In this document: positions 1 to 9,906 of the stretch, piece by piece | Layout: each line of letters begins with the position of its first letter | Position numbering within the stretch: position 1 is the first letter of the stretch | Virus record (IMG/VR): IMGVR_UViG_3300017963_000003 | Coordinates: 32,001-96,000 of that record | Source: a virus | DNA length: 64,000 bases | Reading direction: 5' to 3' (one strand) | Program-made: the position numbers and the translations under genes | The notes under the pieces: generated by a model | The model's database searches: none | What the model was told of the DNA's origin: nothing | The model's input: the letters and a program-made list of their open reading frames with translations, nothing else

Positions 1-1374
1 TCCGATTTCGATGTCCGACACCCCCGTACCGTCTTTCTCAGCCAAGGTCACGTAGACCCAGTTGTCCACACCGAAGATCTCAGCCACCTGAGCATCGATA
101 TCAAACTCCTCCAGATTCTCCCCAAGCTTCAACCCGTTGATGTAGCTGATGACGCGCTCCCTGACCAAGTTGAGGACCGTAGTCGGGTTACCCGACTTCA
201 CCTTCAGTTCCGCCTCGATCTCCACCAGCTTCGGCTGCGCCCACCGGAACAAGACGTCGGAGCCCATCACGAAGTACTCGGGCTGCGTGTAGTAAGAAGT
301 GACGATGGTGATCATCGAGTTGTAGTTGTAGACAATCCGCAACGGGTCCCCGAGAGCAGGTGCCGTCCCTCCAAGGATGAACCGGATACCGTCCTGACCC
401 CGGTCGCTGTAGGCGTAGATCCCTTCCCCGGTGACGACTTCGTAGTCAGTCCCTTCGGTATACACGGTCACGCCGCTCGAAACCGTCAAGACCGACATCA
501 ACGGTTGCTTGGGAACCGGTATCAGCTCCCCCAGACCGGGATAGGTAGTGTCGAACGTGTCGTTGAGGGGAGCCTCTGCCATCAGCCAGACGTCGACTGC
601 CCCGGCGTCGTCGGTATGCCGGGTCAGGTTGACGTCATTGCCGTACACAACATACACATCCTCGATATTGTTAAAGTTGTCCAACCCAAAAAGCGACAAA
701 CCCGCCGGAGTCGACCCCTGATTCCCCCGCACTTGCATCAAGTAGCGCTCAGCAAGATCGCTATTGGTTTCTCGACCAAGACCACTGGTGGTGGCTTCCT
801 TATTCGTCACGTACTCGAACGAAGAAAACGCACGGCGAAATTGAACAATCGTGTTCGCCCCCACCATCGAAGCTTCTCCGGCGAGAACACTCGCCACCGC
901 AACATCAATTTCGTACCTCTCGGTCGCGGCGTTGTAATAGCTAGACGAGGGGACAGTCAGAGGACCGTACATCACCGCTGACTCAATCGTCCTGAAGTTG
1001 ATGACGTTCCCCGTCTGAGGGTTTGCTGTCGTAGCCAAAGGGAAATTGACGGGTATATGGATATCAGTCGTCGGAGGCTGAAGTCGGGAAAACGTCACTG
1101 TGGTCACTGCCGGAGAACCAGACCAGCGGATCATCCCTTCGTTGAACACAAACGCGTCCAGATCATCCGGGTTGAAGCGCTCCGCGTACCTCATGCTCAT
1201 CAGCTGGCTGAGATAGACGGTGTTGTCGTGCATGTCCTTCATCACCGACGCCGGAGGGGTGACGAAGAGGTCCTTGACCGGACCTATCGAAGTGTCGAGG
1301 TTACCATCCCTCGCTGCCGCTGCATCGGAGATCTCACCTTCGAACTGAGCTACTGTTTTTCGTTGAATAACCAT
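1..1374 (-). CDS. Baseplate J/gp47-like wedge protein, 3' end beyond the window
   Basis: Not in the ORF track because it runs off the edge. Manual translation from ATG 1374 gives MVIQRKTVAQFEGEISDAAAARDGNLDTSIGPVKDLFV and stays open to base 1. Contains GxxxETxxxLxxRY-like and AVDVW motifs and follows a gp25-like gene. Confidence 0.8.
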   Translation of the reverse strand, partial: MVIQRKTVAQFEGEISDAAAARDGNLDTSIGPVKDLFVTPPASVMKDMHDNTVYLSQLMSMRYAERFNPDDLDAFVFNEGMIRWSGSPAVTTVTFSRLQPPTTDIHIPVNFPLATTANPQTGNVINFRTIESAVMYGPLTVPSSSYYNAATERYEIDVAVASVLAGEASMVGANTIVQFRRAFSSFEYVTNKEATTSGLGRETNSDLAERYLMQVRGNQGSTPAGLSLFGLDNFNNIEDVYVVYGNDVNLTRHTDDAGAVDVWLMAEAPLNDTFDTTYPGLGELIPVPKQPLMSVLTVSSGVTVYTEGTDYEVVTGEGIYAYSDRGQDGIRFILGGTAPALGDPLRIVYNYNSMITIVTSYYTQPEYFVMGSDVLFRWAQPKLVEIEAELKVKSGNPTTVLNLVRERVISYINGLKLGENLEEFDIDAQVAEIFGVDNWVYVTLAEKDGTGVSDIEIG

Positions 1375-1377
1375 GAT

Positions 1378-1815
1378 CTACCTCGTAGTACCCCCCAAAG
1401 AAAAATTAGGAAGATTACCCAACGTGTAAAAATCTACACGCCAACGGAAATTGCGAGGATCAGTCTCATCGCCCCACACCTGTATAGGCGAGAATGAATC
1501 CAGCAGCTCTCTGTAGGTACGCCGACTATACTGTTTGTGGCGCTGAGTCCACTGATACCGATTCAGGGAGTTCCTAAGGAGAGTCTGGAACTGGAACAAC
1601 GCAGGCATGCTCCAACCCAGCTCGGGCTCCCCATCTACGGCCCTCCCGACGACACGATTGAGCCCGGCACCGATCCCATCAGCGCGCACCCCCGTAGTGA
1701 GCACCATCCGACATTCCTGGCGTAGCTTCTCCTCGCCCGTGATAGTCTCGTACCCGTTGTTATCGTGGTACCGAACGATGTCACCATTTTCGATTTTCAG
1801 AGTCCAACTCATCAC
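1378..1815 (-). CDS. gp25/GPW-like baseplate wedge (sheath initiator) protein
   Basis: 145 aa with GEEKLRQECRMVLTT, typical of gp25-like N-termini; lies between spike and baseplate J. Confidence 0.65.
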   Translation of the reverse strand: MMSWTLKIENGDIVRYHDNNGYETITGEEKLRQECRMVLTTGVRADGIGAGLNRVVGRAVDGEPELGWSMPALFQFQTLLRNSLNRYQWTQRHKQYSRRTYRELLDSFSPIQVWGDETDPRNFRWRVDFYTLGNLPNFSLGGTTR

Positions 1816-2312
1816 GGCACCGCCGATGCTGCTTCCATCATGGCCCAGTAATGAGCGTCATCGACAGACTCTACTAGGGCCACGAGTTCGTTCTTGATAC
1901 CCTCCCAGTACTGAAGAAGCACTTCCAGCTCGTCCGTGAAGGATACCACGTTCTTGTACCGTTCCCTCCAGACCGTGAGCGCAGACGTTGCGGTGTCGAA
2001 CAGCAACAGCGCAGGGTCGGTGATCATCTGGTAGAACTCCGGGCACAGTTCTTTCAAAGGGCCGTCCGGTATGTTCGTCAACGCGTCCCTGACCTGATCA
2101 ATGATCGTCTGGACAATCGCCCACGCAGCCTCCTCCAGAGCCTTCAAGATGTCGAACTGCGCCAACCAAGCCACGAGCCACTGAATCTGTAGATCGATGT
2201 ACTCGATGATGGCCAACAAGATGGCCTTCAGCGCCTCAAGCAGAGGAGCCACCTGTGCGTAGAGCCATCTCAAGATGCACAACGCGATAGTCCCTGCGCC
2301 TGTTAGAGCCAT
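1812..2312 (-). CDS. Hypothetical amphipathic all-helical baseplate-associated protein
   Basis: 166 aa with strong SD (AGGAGG); hydrophobic heptad pattern; directly after the spike gene. Confidence 0.7.
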   Translation of the reverse strand: MALTGAGTIALCILRWLYAQVAPLLEALKAILLAIIEYIDLQIQWLVAWLAQFDILKALEEAAWAIVQTIIDQVRDALTNIPDGPLKELCPEFYQMITDPALLLFDTATSALTVWRERYKNVVSFTDELEVLLQYWEGIKNELVALVESVDDAHYWAMMEAASAVP

Positions 2313-2321
2313 CCTGTCCTC

Positions 2322-3839
2322 CTACAACGTCATCGACTTCGTGGACAACGTACCGCTCAAGGCAGACAACAAGGTCTGCGCCGCTGTAGCCAATGTCTGG
2401 AAAGGAACAGACAGTGGCGTCAAGGGCGGAGATGATGTCGCCGTAGAAAGCGCCTGGAACGTCGTCGCCGTGAGAGTCAAGTATGCCGTCAACGCCGTGT
2501 TGAAAGTAGTACCCTTGATCAGCGGCTCTACCGCACCTGTTCCGAGCTGCAAAAGAGGAGCTTCGAAAGTCAAGTTGCCCAGACAAGTCACCACGGCAGG
2601 GCTTGCCCCAAGACTGATCGACCCCGACGCTAGGGAGATCGAAGGTGCCGTAAGAGTCATCGCCCCTGCGGAAGTGAGGTCCATGACGCCACCAGCAGTA
2701 AGACCTAGAAGACCGCCCACGGTTATGTCCCCGAGACCGCCAACAGCGACCCCGTAGTCACCACCCACATTCAAGGAGTACGAACCCCCAACAGTCAAAT
2801 CGTAGGTCCCCGTCGAAGTCCAGCTCGTAGAGGTGTTGAGAACAGTCCACGTCGAGACCGGGGTGAACCATTGGAAACCGGTAACCAACGGAGCGGAGAC
2901 TCCGTAGTTCCCCAGATTGTCTACAAGTTCCGTCCACAAGGCAACCTGGCCCGTCGCGTCGTCAAAAGTACGACGAAGAACGCGCGTAGCGGTGCCGGTC
3001 ATGGCCACCGATAGGTCCGGAGAAAAGACTTGGGGACCAACGATCTGCTTAGTCGTGTCGTCGACAACCTGACCCTCGGAGGTACGCACCATCAGGAGAC
3101 CGTTTTGGTCCACAGAAGTCAGCGAAGCGCGCCTAATGTAGTTGGTGTGCTCCTGCCCGACATTGCCAGCGCCCGGAGTGACCAAATCGTAGATGTAGCT
3201 CTCCTGGGAATCCACGCCGGGAACGAGGATGCGCCGGGCCGACCCAGCCCTGATCTCGGAAGAGTCTCCGTACCGGGTGTGCACGAGGTCGGATTGGATG
3301 CGTACCTCGCCGTTAGGCTTATCGAGAGTCACCGAGTGGGGACCTGCTGTCAGGGACGCTCGGTCCCCCAAGTAGAGAGCGCAATTCCGCGCGCTCTTGA
3401 ACGACCAGTCCCCCGGACGTAGCCGCTTACCCGAAGCATCCCCCCACCCGATGCCGCCCCTCTCTTCGTTAGCGTCATCGTACCTCTTAAAAGCAGAAAA
3501 ATCTATCGTGTGGTAGCTAAGGGAGAACGCATTCCCCATTGCGTCGAAACCCACCAACAGGGTATCGCCTATCTGGGGTAGATAGACACCCCACGAAGAA
3601 CGAAGATAGTTCTTGTCCGTATCACTTTGCTTCGGAGGGAAAGACCACCCCGCAAGAGGTATCGGGACTTCAGGACGCGGATGACCCCCTCCTTTCAGGA
3701 ACTCCACGCTCACCGTACCACGCTCCAAGTGCAAGTCCTTTACACGAACCATATGTATGGTTGAGTAAAACTCCCGGTAAAGACGTCTTTCCTCCAAGAT
3801 CGGAGAAGTACTGGGATTCATGTTGGAGCGGCCAGACAT
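2322..3839 (-). CDS. Central baseplate spike (gp5/gpV-like: N-terminal OB-fold, beta-helix repeats)
   Basis: N-terminal GTVSVEF...LPQIGDTLLVGF OB-fold pattern; 8-residue repeats TYDLTVGG/SYSLNVGG/DYGVAVGG; C-terminal LQLGTGAVEPLIKG. Confidence 0.8.
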   Translation of the reverse strand: MSGRSNMNPSTSPILEERRLYREFYSTIHMVRVKDLHLERGTVSVEFLKGGGHPRPEVPIPLAGWSFPPKQSDTDKNYLRSSWGVYLPQIGDTLLVGFDAMGNAFSLSYHTIDFSAFKRYDDANEERGGIGWGDASGKRLRPGDWSFKSARNCALYLGDRASLTAGPHSVTLDKPNGEVRIQSDLVHTRYGDSSEIRAGSARRILVPGVDSQESYIYDLVTPGAGNVGQEHTNYIRRASLTSVDQNGLLMVRTSEGQVVDDTTKQIVGPQVFSPDLSVAMTGTATRVLRRTFDDATGQVALWTELVDNLGNYGVSAPLVTGFQWFTPVSTWTVLNTSTSWTSTGTYDLTVGGSYSLNVGGDYGVAVGGLGDITVGGLLGLTAGGVMDLTSAGAMTLTAPSISLASGSISLGASPAVVTCLGNLTFEAPLLQLGTGAVEPLIKGTTFNTALTAYLTLTATTFQALSTATSSPPLTPLSVPFQTLATAAQTLLSALSGTLSTKSMTL

Positions 3840-3842
3840 TTT

Positions 3843-6353
3843 CTAACCCTTCGCGTTCTCTGACAAAAGCCTCGCGTAGTTGAACGGCGTCTCTCCTCCG
3901 AAATGCTGAAAGTCCTCTAGCTTAGGGGAAGTCCCTTCCTTGTAGACGCCTTTCCACCCCCTAGCCAGATTAACGTTAACCGTCGTATCGCAAGCGCTGT
4001 TGACGACCATGCTGTGCTGACAACTAACGATATTCGCCACGTAGTTCCTCTGCCTCCAGTACAACGGACGGTTCACCATGAGTCCAAAATGAGGGAGAGT
4101 CTGTAACCCGATATTACGAGCCTCCGCATTCGTCTTCCTTAGCTCCACCGCAGCAAAAAGACGGGCAGCCTCTTCAGAAGTGACCTCCGTCCAAGGACCT
4201 TTATCAGCTGCGGGGCGTACACCAAGCAGAGGAACAAGGCCGTGGGCTGCCGCCCACTGAAAGCGCCGAGAGTTGATGTCGTTGGCCTCTTCAACACGAG
4301 CGATGTTGTTCGGAGCTATTCGAGCCAACGTCTTGAGACCGTTATCGTTCAGCGAACTGCTGAAACCGAAGGTTTCGTGACGGTTAATAGTAAAGTAGTC
4401 AGAATAGTTAAAATTCTGCGCGTTGTAGGAACCACCGAACCCCTCCAACGTGAGCTGAAGATCCGAAGACAGCTCCATCATCTCCAAAATATCAGACTCC
4501 GTGTAGTCCCCGCTCGCAGCAGACCACTCCGACACCCATTCACGAAGCGGCTTCTCCCCTTCCTTTCGCAAACCCTGCAAACCTGCACGACCTTCGATCT
4601 CCGCATTCGTGATATGGGAGTCCTCTCCATCGAACATCCAAGGATCGAAATCGTAGAAAGGCATCTCGAAAACAAGGTCCCCCCTACCTGTGGAGTAAAA
4701 ACAGAACTGAATCTGCTCCGCCAAATCGTAAATGTAGGTAAGACGGTCACGAAAATCGGAATGGAGATCCCCCTGAGCCCCACTAACCATCTCGTTCATT
4801 ACGCCTGCGGAGAGACCGAGACCCAGACGCGTCGGGGCCACGTAAAACACACGACCACCCCCTACTGGATAGGTGTCTATGTCCGACCCAATGATGCTGA
4901 CAACGTCCACCACGCCGAGACCGTCAGAATTAGGGGCGGAGGTCTCGTCGGCAGCCATATCGGTTAGATCGTCAACACGAACCCGACTGTGCAACATGTC
5001 GTTGAGCTGACGCAGATTCCCCATCGTGATCGGACTTCCTGTGGCCTTCTCTAAACCGTCTAGCTCGGCGTCCCCGATGTAATATGCGTACACCCCCTTG
5101 GACTCTTCTTTGCGCTTAAACGTTACCCCGTGAGGAGCATACACCGGAGGGAAGAAGGACCCCTGGAACCTACTCTGCTTAGCGCCAATCAGGTACTCTT
5201 CCAAGGATGACCGCCGTTGAGTATCGGTCATCTTGTTGATTTCATCCAAACTCTTATAAACACCGTGCTTCTGAAGGAAGACCTGCACCTCTGAGTCACT
5301 GAAAGCCTCTACAGCCCGATTGGTCAACTCAGTCATGACCCCCTCGTAGGCTTCCTTACCGAAGAAGAGCATCTCCAGAATCTCGTACGCAGTAAAATGA
5401 GCAAATAGCTCCTGATACGCAACCCAGTTCAACGCGGCTACGTCGCCCGCACCCTCGAACGCAGGATCAAACTTGAAGATCTCCTGAATGCTCTTGTCGA
5501 GCCCAGCGTCTACGTTGAGCTGGAAATAAGAGTACCGAAGTGTTTTACTGACGTCAGTCCCTACGATAGTAACCGTGGACTCCTGATTCACCCCAACGTC
5601 TTCGGTGAAACCGTCTACAAAGCCGGAAAACATCCAGTACCATATGGTCGGGACAAAAGGATCGCGAAACGCAATTCTTATAGGATCGTTCGGATGGAAG
5701 ATGCAGTCACCTTCAGTAAAAGGGTACGTGTATATGTAATCTTCCAAAAAAATAGGAAACGCGTCCCAATCCTCTCCCAAGGCGTCTATGACCTTCTGAG
5801 ACTCCGGGGCATACTGCGTGGCCTTCTTTTCCACTACCGTCTTCTTTATGGAATCGGGGACAGAACCCTCCTCCCAGTTCTCCTGGAACCAACCCGAGGC
5901 AGCTCTCAACTCGTCATTGAATGCGCTAACCACGTCCACAAAAGACTGCCCCACCTGCTCATTGGCGAATGCCCCAAAAAAAGCCTCTAGTACATCTACG
6001 TCCTCCCCCGCTTCGTCGCGAAAGTACTGCTGCAACCCTGCGAAGAGGGTAACGTTGTCTTTAAGGTAGTTGACAAGCTGTTCCCGGCTGTCGCTAAGCG
6101 CAACCATATCGGTATGATCGATGATGTATTTGTCCAACGGGTTATGCAGAGTGATTGAACACGTAGAAGGAGCGCGATCCATGCTGCCCCCGGATTGGTT
6201 GACACGCACGTCTATAACGTCCCCCGACACCTCCTGCCCGTAAATGAAAACACGGAACGCCGGAAAAGCGGCGCGGTAGATGCCTTCTTGAGACGAGAGG
6301 ACCGACTGCTCCGTCCAGAGTTTTTCACCCAGTTTACCCAGTTCAACCATCAC
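3843..6353 (-). CDS. Baseplate hub protein (gp27/gpD-like)
   Basis: 836 aa; N-terminal FRVFIYG..V...TCSITL and WMFSGFVD...TIVG.DVSK.L patterns, C-terminal LMVNRPL...VSCQHS beta-barrel; position between tape measure and spike. Confidence 0.7.
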   Translation of the reverse strand: MMVELGKLGEKLWTEQSVLSSQEGIYRAAFPAFRVFIYGQEVSGDVIDVRVNQSGGSMDRAPSTCSITLHNPLDKYIIDHTDMVALSDSREQLVNYLKDNVTLFAGLQQYFRDEAGEDVDVLEAFFGAFANEQVGQSFVDVVSAFNDELRAASGWFQENWEEGSVPDSIKKTVVEKKATQYAPESQKVIDALGEDWDAFPIFLEDYIYTYPFTEGDCIFHPNDPIRIAFRDPFVPTIWYWMFSGFVDGFTEDVGVNQESTVTIVGTDVSKTLRYSYFQLNVDAGLDKSIQEIFKFDPAFEGAGDVAALNWVAYQELFAHFTAYEILEMLFFGKEAYEGVMTELTNRAVEAFSDSEVQVFLQKHGVYKSLDEINKMTDTQRRSSLEEYLIGAKQSRFQGSFFPPVYAPHGVTFKRKEESKGVYAYYIGDAELDGLEKATGSPITMGNLRQLNDMLHSRVRVDDLTDMAADETSAPNSDGLGVVDVVSIIGSDIDTYPVGGGRVFYVAPTRLGLGLSAGVMNEMVSGAQGDLHSDFRDRLTYIYDLAEQIQFCFYSTGRGDLVFEMPFYDFDPWMFDGEDSHITNAEIEGRAGLQGLRKEGEKPLREWVSEWSAASGDYTESDILEMMELSSDLQLTLEGFGGSYNAQNFNYSDYFTINRHETFGFSSSLNDNGLKTLARIAPNNIARVEEANDINSRRFQWAAAHGLVPLLGVRPAADKGPWTEVTSEEAARLFAAVELRKTNAEARNIGLQTLPHFGLMVNRPLYWRQRNYVANIVSCQHSMVVNSACDTTVNVNLARGWKGVYKEGTSPKLEDFQHFGGETPFNYARLLSENAKG

Positions 6354-7102
6354 ACCAACTCGTTAAAAAACTCAGTCCCCAGCGTGAGGGAAATGTACCT
6401 AAAAATGTCATCCATTGAAGGAATCGTTTCTGTCGCCACGAAAGAAAAAGAGTACGTCTTGCTGAAAGGGTTAGCCGCGTCGTCGGTAAACTCCAGCACA
6501 CGGTCAAAATGACCGATGAACTGAATCAACGCATTGGCCAACATAGGGCTACTGTACATGAAATAAAAACGATTAGGGTACCCCCCGAACGGATCAATAA
6601 CAGGCTCCCGCGTGAGGCTGTACAGGTTCCAGAAGTTCACGAGCTTCGAAGCACCTTGCAACGCCTCGATATCAAGCCCCTCCTGGTTCGTGACCGACTT
6701 CACCCAGTCCCGGAACTTCTTGATATTCTCAGAGAGATACTTGCTGTTGCGCTGCATCCCAGTACGGATGTTGATGTTCCCCGTCGCCCCAGCAAAACTG
6801 ATGTTGATGACGTCGTTGTTGCGACCCTTCGCGTTCGTCCAGTGATAGAACACAGCACCGGACTGCGTATCTCGCCTCGTAATCCTCTTGTTCTGCGAAA
6901 AGGTCACAGTCTCCGGATTCATCTTCATGCGCACAGGATCAATGCCGTTGTTCATACGTTGATCCGAAGTGAACATAAAAGGAACTCGATACGCAACATC
7001 CTCGTAGGGGTTGAGTATCCGATCAAGAATACGTTCTGTAGAAGGTGTAGGAGTCGTCTCCCCACCAAACGTATTACGCAAATTTTCCAAAAATGTCGCC
7101 AT
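6350..7102 (-). CDS. Tail tube initiator / baseplate tube-like protein
   Basis: 250 aa with MKMNPETVTFSQNK...FYHW...ISFAGATG pattern seen in myovirus tube-initiator proteins; follows the tape measure genes. Confidence 0.55.
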   Translation of the reverse strand: MATFLENLRNTFGGETTPTPSTERILDRILNPYEDVAYRVPFMFTSDQRMNNGIDPVRMKMNPETVTFSQNKRITRRDTQSGAVFYHWTNAKGRNNDVINISFAGATGNINIRTGMQRNSKYLSENIKKFRDWVKSVTNQEGLDIEALQGASKLVNFWNLYSLTREPVIDPFGGYPNRFYFMYSSPMLANALIQFIGHFDRVLEFTDDAANPFSKTYSFSFVATETIPSMDDIFRYISLTLGTEFFNELV

Positions 7103-7110
7103 TACCTACC

Positions 7111-9906
7111 TCAGCCCGGAGCGAGCCCCAGCGCAGCAAGCTGGTTAGCCTGCTCCCCTTGGCGCTTCTTGGTTCGCTCTCGATGTTGCTTTCCGGTTGC
7201 CCATTCACGCGCCTCGCGACCAGCAGCGGTATCAGCTCCTGGCCTCCAGAAGAGGGCACGCTCGTAGTTCCGTCCTCCAGAAGGAATGGAACCTAAGAGA
7301 CCCCCACCCCTCATGAACGGCGGAAGTCCCTCGCCCTCGTTGGCGTGAATGAACCCCGTCGCACCCTTCGTCCAGTCCTGTGTCCCGGAATCACCTCTCA
7401 AGATGCTGCGCGCGAAATCAATCGTAGCCTGCGAGGGGCGACGGCGCGTAGCGTACTGGCGGTTGTACCGCTTATTGTTGTTCTGCTTCCCCCACCCCTT
7501 ACCGGAAGTGGCCTTGTTCTTGAGAGCACCCCCACCCCTGCCCTTGGCACGATTGATCAGAGTGTGCGCGATACCTACCAGCTCCTTCTTGCGCGCAGGA
7601 CTGTACCCTCCAGCTTCGCTCTGAAGGACACGAGCCAGCGCCTCCACGTCGTCCCCGGTGTACTTGCCCTCACTGGCAAGAGCCATACTGCTGAACTCTC
7701 CCTCCAGCTCCGCTTCCTCGGAAGCGAAGGAAAGCCCACAACGAGGGCAGTTGCCGCCGATCTCGAATGAAATGTTGCCCTGGGTGTCTACACCGCCCAC
7801 TTCGAGAGTGACTCCGCCTCCAGCCCACGGGCCGTCCCATTCCGACTGCGCAGCCTGAGGGTCCTTCTTTACCGAAGCAGGTGCCTTCGCCATCTGCTTG
7901 GGAGCCATCGAAGATTGACCCGACTGGAGCGATGCCACGGGGATCTGCACCACTTGAGACGGAGCGAACGCGTTGCCCGCACCCCGACCCTTGGTACCCG
8001 GCATCGATCTGAGTCGAGAAGACGCAGGATCGAAGTTCCAGGCCTCCTGGAGGGTCTTCATCGAGGTCCCCAGGACGTCAGAACCCATGCGCTTCATCGC
8101 CTTTGTCATCTGGGACAGACCCCGGTTCATCTTGCGCTTGTGCTCTTCCGTGTTCCCGAACAAGGCGTTGATGTCAGCCGCCAACCGATTATTGTCCTGC
8201 TGATCGCCGCTGATGCCGTTCACAATGAACTCAGGGAGGGCCTTGAAGAACGCAATCAGCCACGACACGGCCTGGATGACCATGCCCATGATACCCTGCC
8301 CTACCTTGGCCAGTCCCTTCATCCACGAGTTCATCGTGCGCTCGAATTTGCTGCGCTTGGTGGCCTCCACGCCAAACGACTTGGACAGGATCTCGGAATT
8401 CTGCTTGGCCGCCGTGGCTGCCTCTACGGTCTTCCCCTCCTTCATCTTGGAACCGATCTCGGCTATCAGACGGGCACCCTCAAACCCGAGACCCATCTGC
8501 TTCTCCATGTAGAACCGCGCGGTCTCCTCGTCCCCTCCAGTGGCCTCCATGGCGATGTCGTAGACGGCCTCGACGATTCGCGTGACTTCTCCACTGTTGT
8601 TGCCCTCGGCAACACGGCGGAATGCGTCCATCATCTTCTGCCGTGCTTCGAGTCCTCGACCGTAGCCGAGCCGTTCCCCGAGAATGATCTTCCAGGAATC
8701 CGACATCTTGGCGATCCCAGACGCCATCTGCTGTATCCCCATCGCGGCCTGCTTTCCCGCGAACTGCTTGGGAACACCCATCTTGGAGAACTGCTCCGTA
8801 ACGTGCGAGTAGATGTCCACGACGTTATCGATGTCGTACCCCATCTTGGCCAGCTCCTTGCCAGCATCCTCCACGTTCTTCACGTACTGCATCGCACCGA
8901 TACCGGAATCCCGACCCACCATGTACATCCGGGTCAAGGACTCCCTGGCCTCGTCAGTGGTCTTGCCGTAGTCGGCCATCAGGCCCACCATCCGCTTAGC
9001 GCTCTCCCCACCTCCCAGCTCGAACATCTTGTCCAGAGCCAGAGTCACCGTGACGGCACTGCTGTGGACGCCCTTGAGCCGCGTATCGACAGTCCGCGTC
9101 ATCTGATCGACGCTGACACCGCCGTCGACAAAAGCCTGGGCAACCGACTGAATCTGTTCCCGGTTGATCCCCATGTACTGCTGCAACGACTCCTGGATCG
9201 AGGACAGGTGACGAGTTCCAGAACGTACAGCCCCCTTCACCCCGTCATCGTAGGCGGCGATGAGGATGTTCTTCATCTCCCCGGCCTGGGCACGAACCCT
9301 GTCGCGGTCCATGTAGCCGTGGATCATGATGCCGATACCACCCGCTGCAAGGGCCTTCCACTTCGGCACCTTGAGCTTCTGCATCATGCCGCCGATCTTA
9401 CCCTTCAGCGTCCTCCACTCTGACCGAACCACCTGCTTGGACTTGTTGGCCGCCCAAGCACGCGCACCGCTCTTCTTACGGCCCTTGCTGTCACGCCCCT
9501 TAGCGCCTCCTCCGCCGTCCTCGGCGTCCACCTGACCCGCAACAGCGTCTGCCTTGTCTACAAGCCCCCTTGCGCCCGCTGAGAGGCTCTCAAAGTCCTT
9601 CTCGGCGGCCTTGACCGTCTTCTCCAGCTCGTCGAAGGACTTACCCATGCTCCCCGCGAGCTTCTCGAACTTCTGAGAAACCCCCTGGACGTACTCCTGC
9701 CCCATACCGGTCAGCTTCGACCCCTCCTTGAGGGTGGGATCGTTCTCCAGATCCGAGAACACGGTCTTGAAGCTGTCGCGTAGAGACGCACCGAGCGCAT
9801 CGATCATCTCAGTGTTGCGCTGAGATACCTCACTGATGGCGTCACCGAGTTCGGTGAACTTGAACCGAGCAGCATCGAGATGCTGTATGTCAACGATATC
9901 GGTCAT
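7111..9906 (-). CDS. Tape measure protein paralog C with C-terminal SleB-like (Hydrolase_2) cell-wall hydrolase
   Basis: 931 aa, Ala/Gly/Met-rich helical body homologous to the two upstream paralogs; C-terminal DVEALARVLQSEAGG...VGIAHTLINR...ATGF matches the SleB ARxxxxEA...AVxxVxxNR motif. Confidence 0.75.
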   Translation of the reverse strand: MTDIVDIQHLDAARFKFTELGDAISEVSQRNTEMIDALGASLRDSFKTVFSDLENDPTLKEGSKLTGMGQEYVQGVSQKFEKLAGSMGKSFDELEKTVKAAEKDFESLSAGARGLVDKADAVAGQVDAEDGGGGAKGRDSKGRKKSGARAWAANKSKQVVRSEWRTLKGKIGGMMQKLKVPKWKALAAGGIGIMIHGYMDRDRVRAQAGEMKNILIAAYDDGVKGAVRSGTRHLSSIQESLQQYMGINREQIQSVAQAFVDGGVSVDQMTRTVDTRLKGVHSSAVTVTLALDKMFELGGGESAKRMVGLMADYGKTTDEARESLTRMYMVGRDSGIGAMQYVKNVEDAGKELAKMGYDIDNVVDIYSHVTEQFSKMGVPKQFAGKQAAMGIQQMASGIAKMSDSWKIILGERLGYGRGLEARQKMMDAFRRVAEGNNSGEVTRIVEAVYDIAMEATGGDEETARFYMEKQMGLGFEGARLIAEIGSKMKEGKTVEAATAAKQNSEILSKSFGVEATKRSKFERTMNSWMKGLAKVGQGIMGMVIQAVSWLIAFFKALPEFIVNGISGDQQDNNRLAADINALFGNTEEHKRKMNRGLSQMTKAMKRMGSDVLGTSMKTLQEAWNFDPASSRLRSMPGTKGRGAGNAFAPSQVVQIPVASLQSGQSSMAPKQMAKAPASVKKDPQAAQSEWDGPWAGGGVTLEVGGVDTQGNISFEIGGNCPRCGLSFASEEAELEGEFSSMALASEGKYTGDDVEALARVLQSEAGGYSPARKKELVGIAHTLINRAKGRGGGALKNKATSGKGWGKQNNNKRYNRQYATRRRPSQATIDFARSILRGDSGTQDWTKGATGFIHANEGEGLPPFMRGGGLLGSIPSGGRNYERALFWRPGADTAAGREAREWATGKQHRERTKKRQGEQANQLAALGLAPG

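Noticed and set aside
7915-9423. Long plus-strand ORFs (502 aa here; also 511 aa at 44250-45785, 459 aa at 27716-29095, 401 aa at 29997-31202)
   Set aside because: They are antisense shadows of GC-rich minus-strand genes with strong codon bias; the translations are Arg/Leu/His-rich with no motifs or SD.
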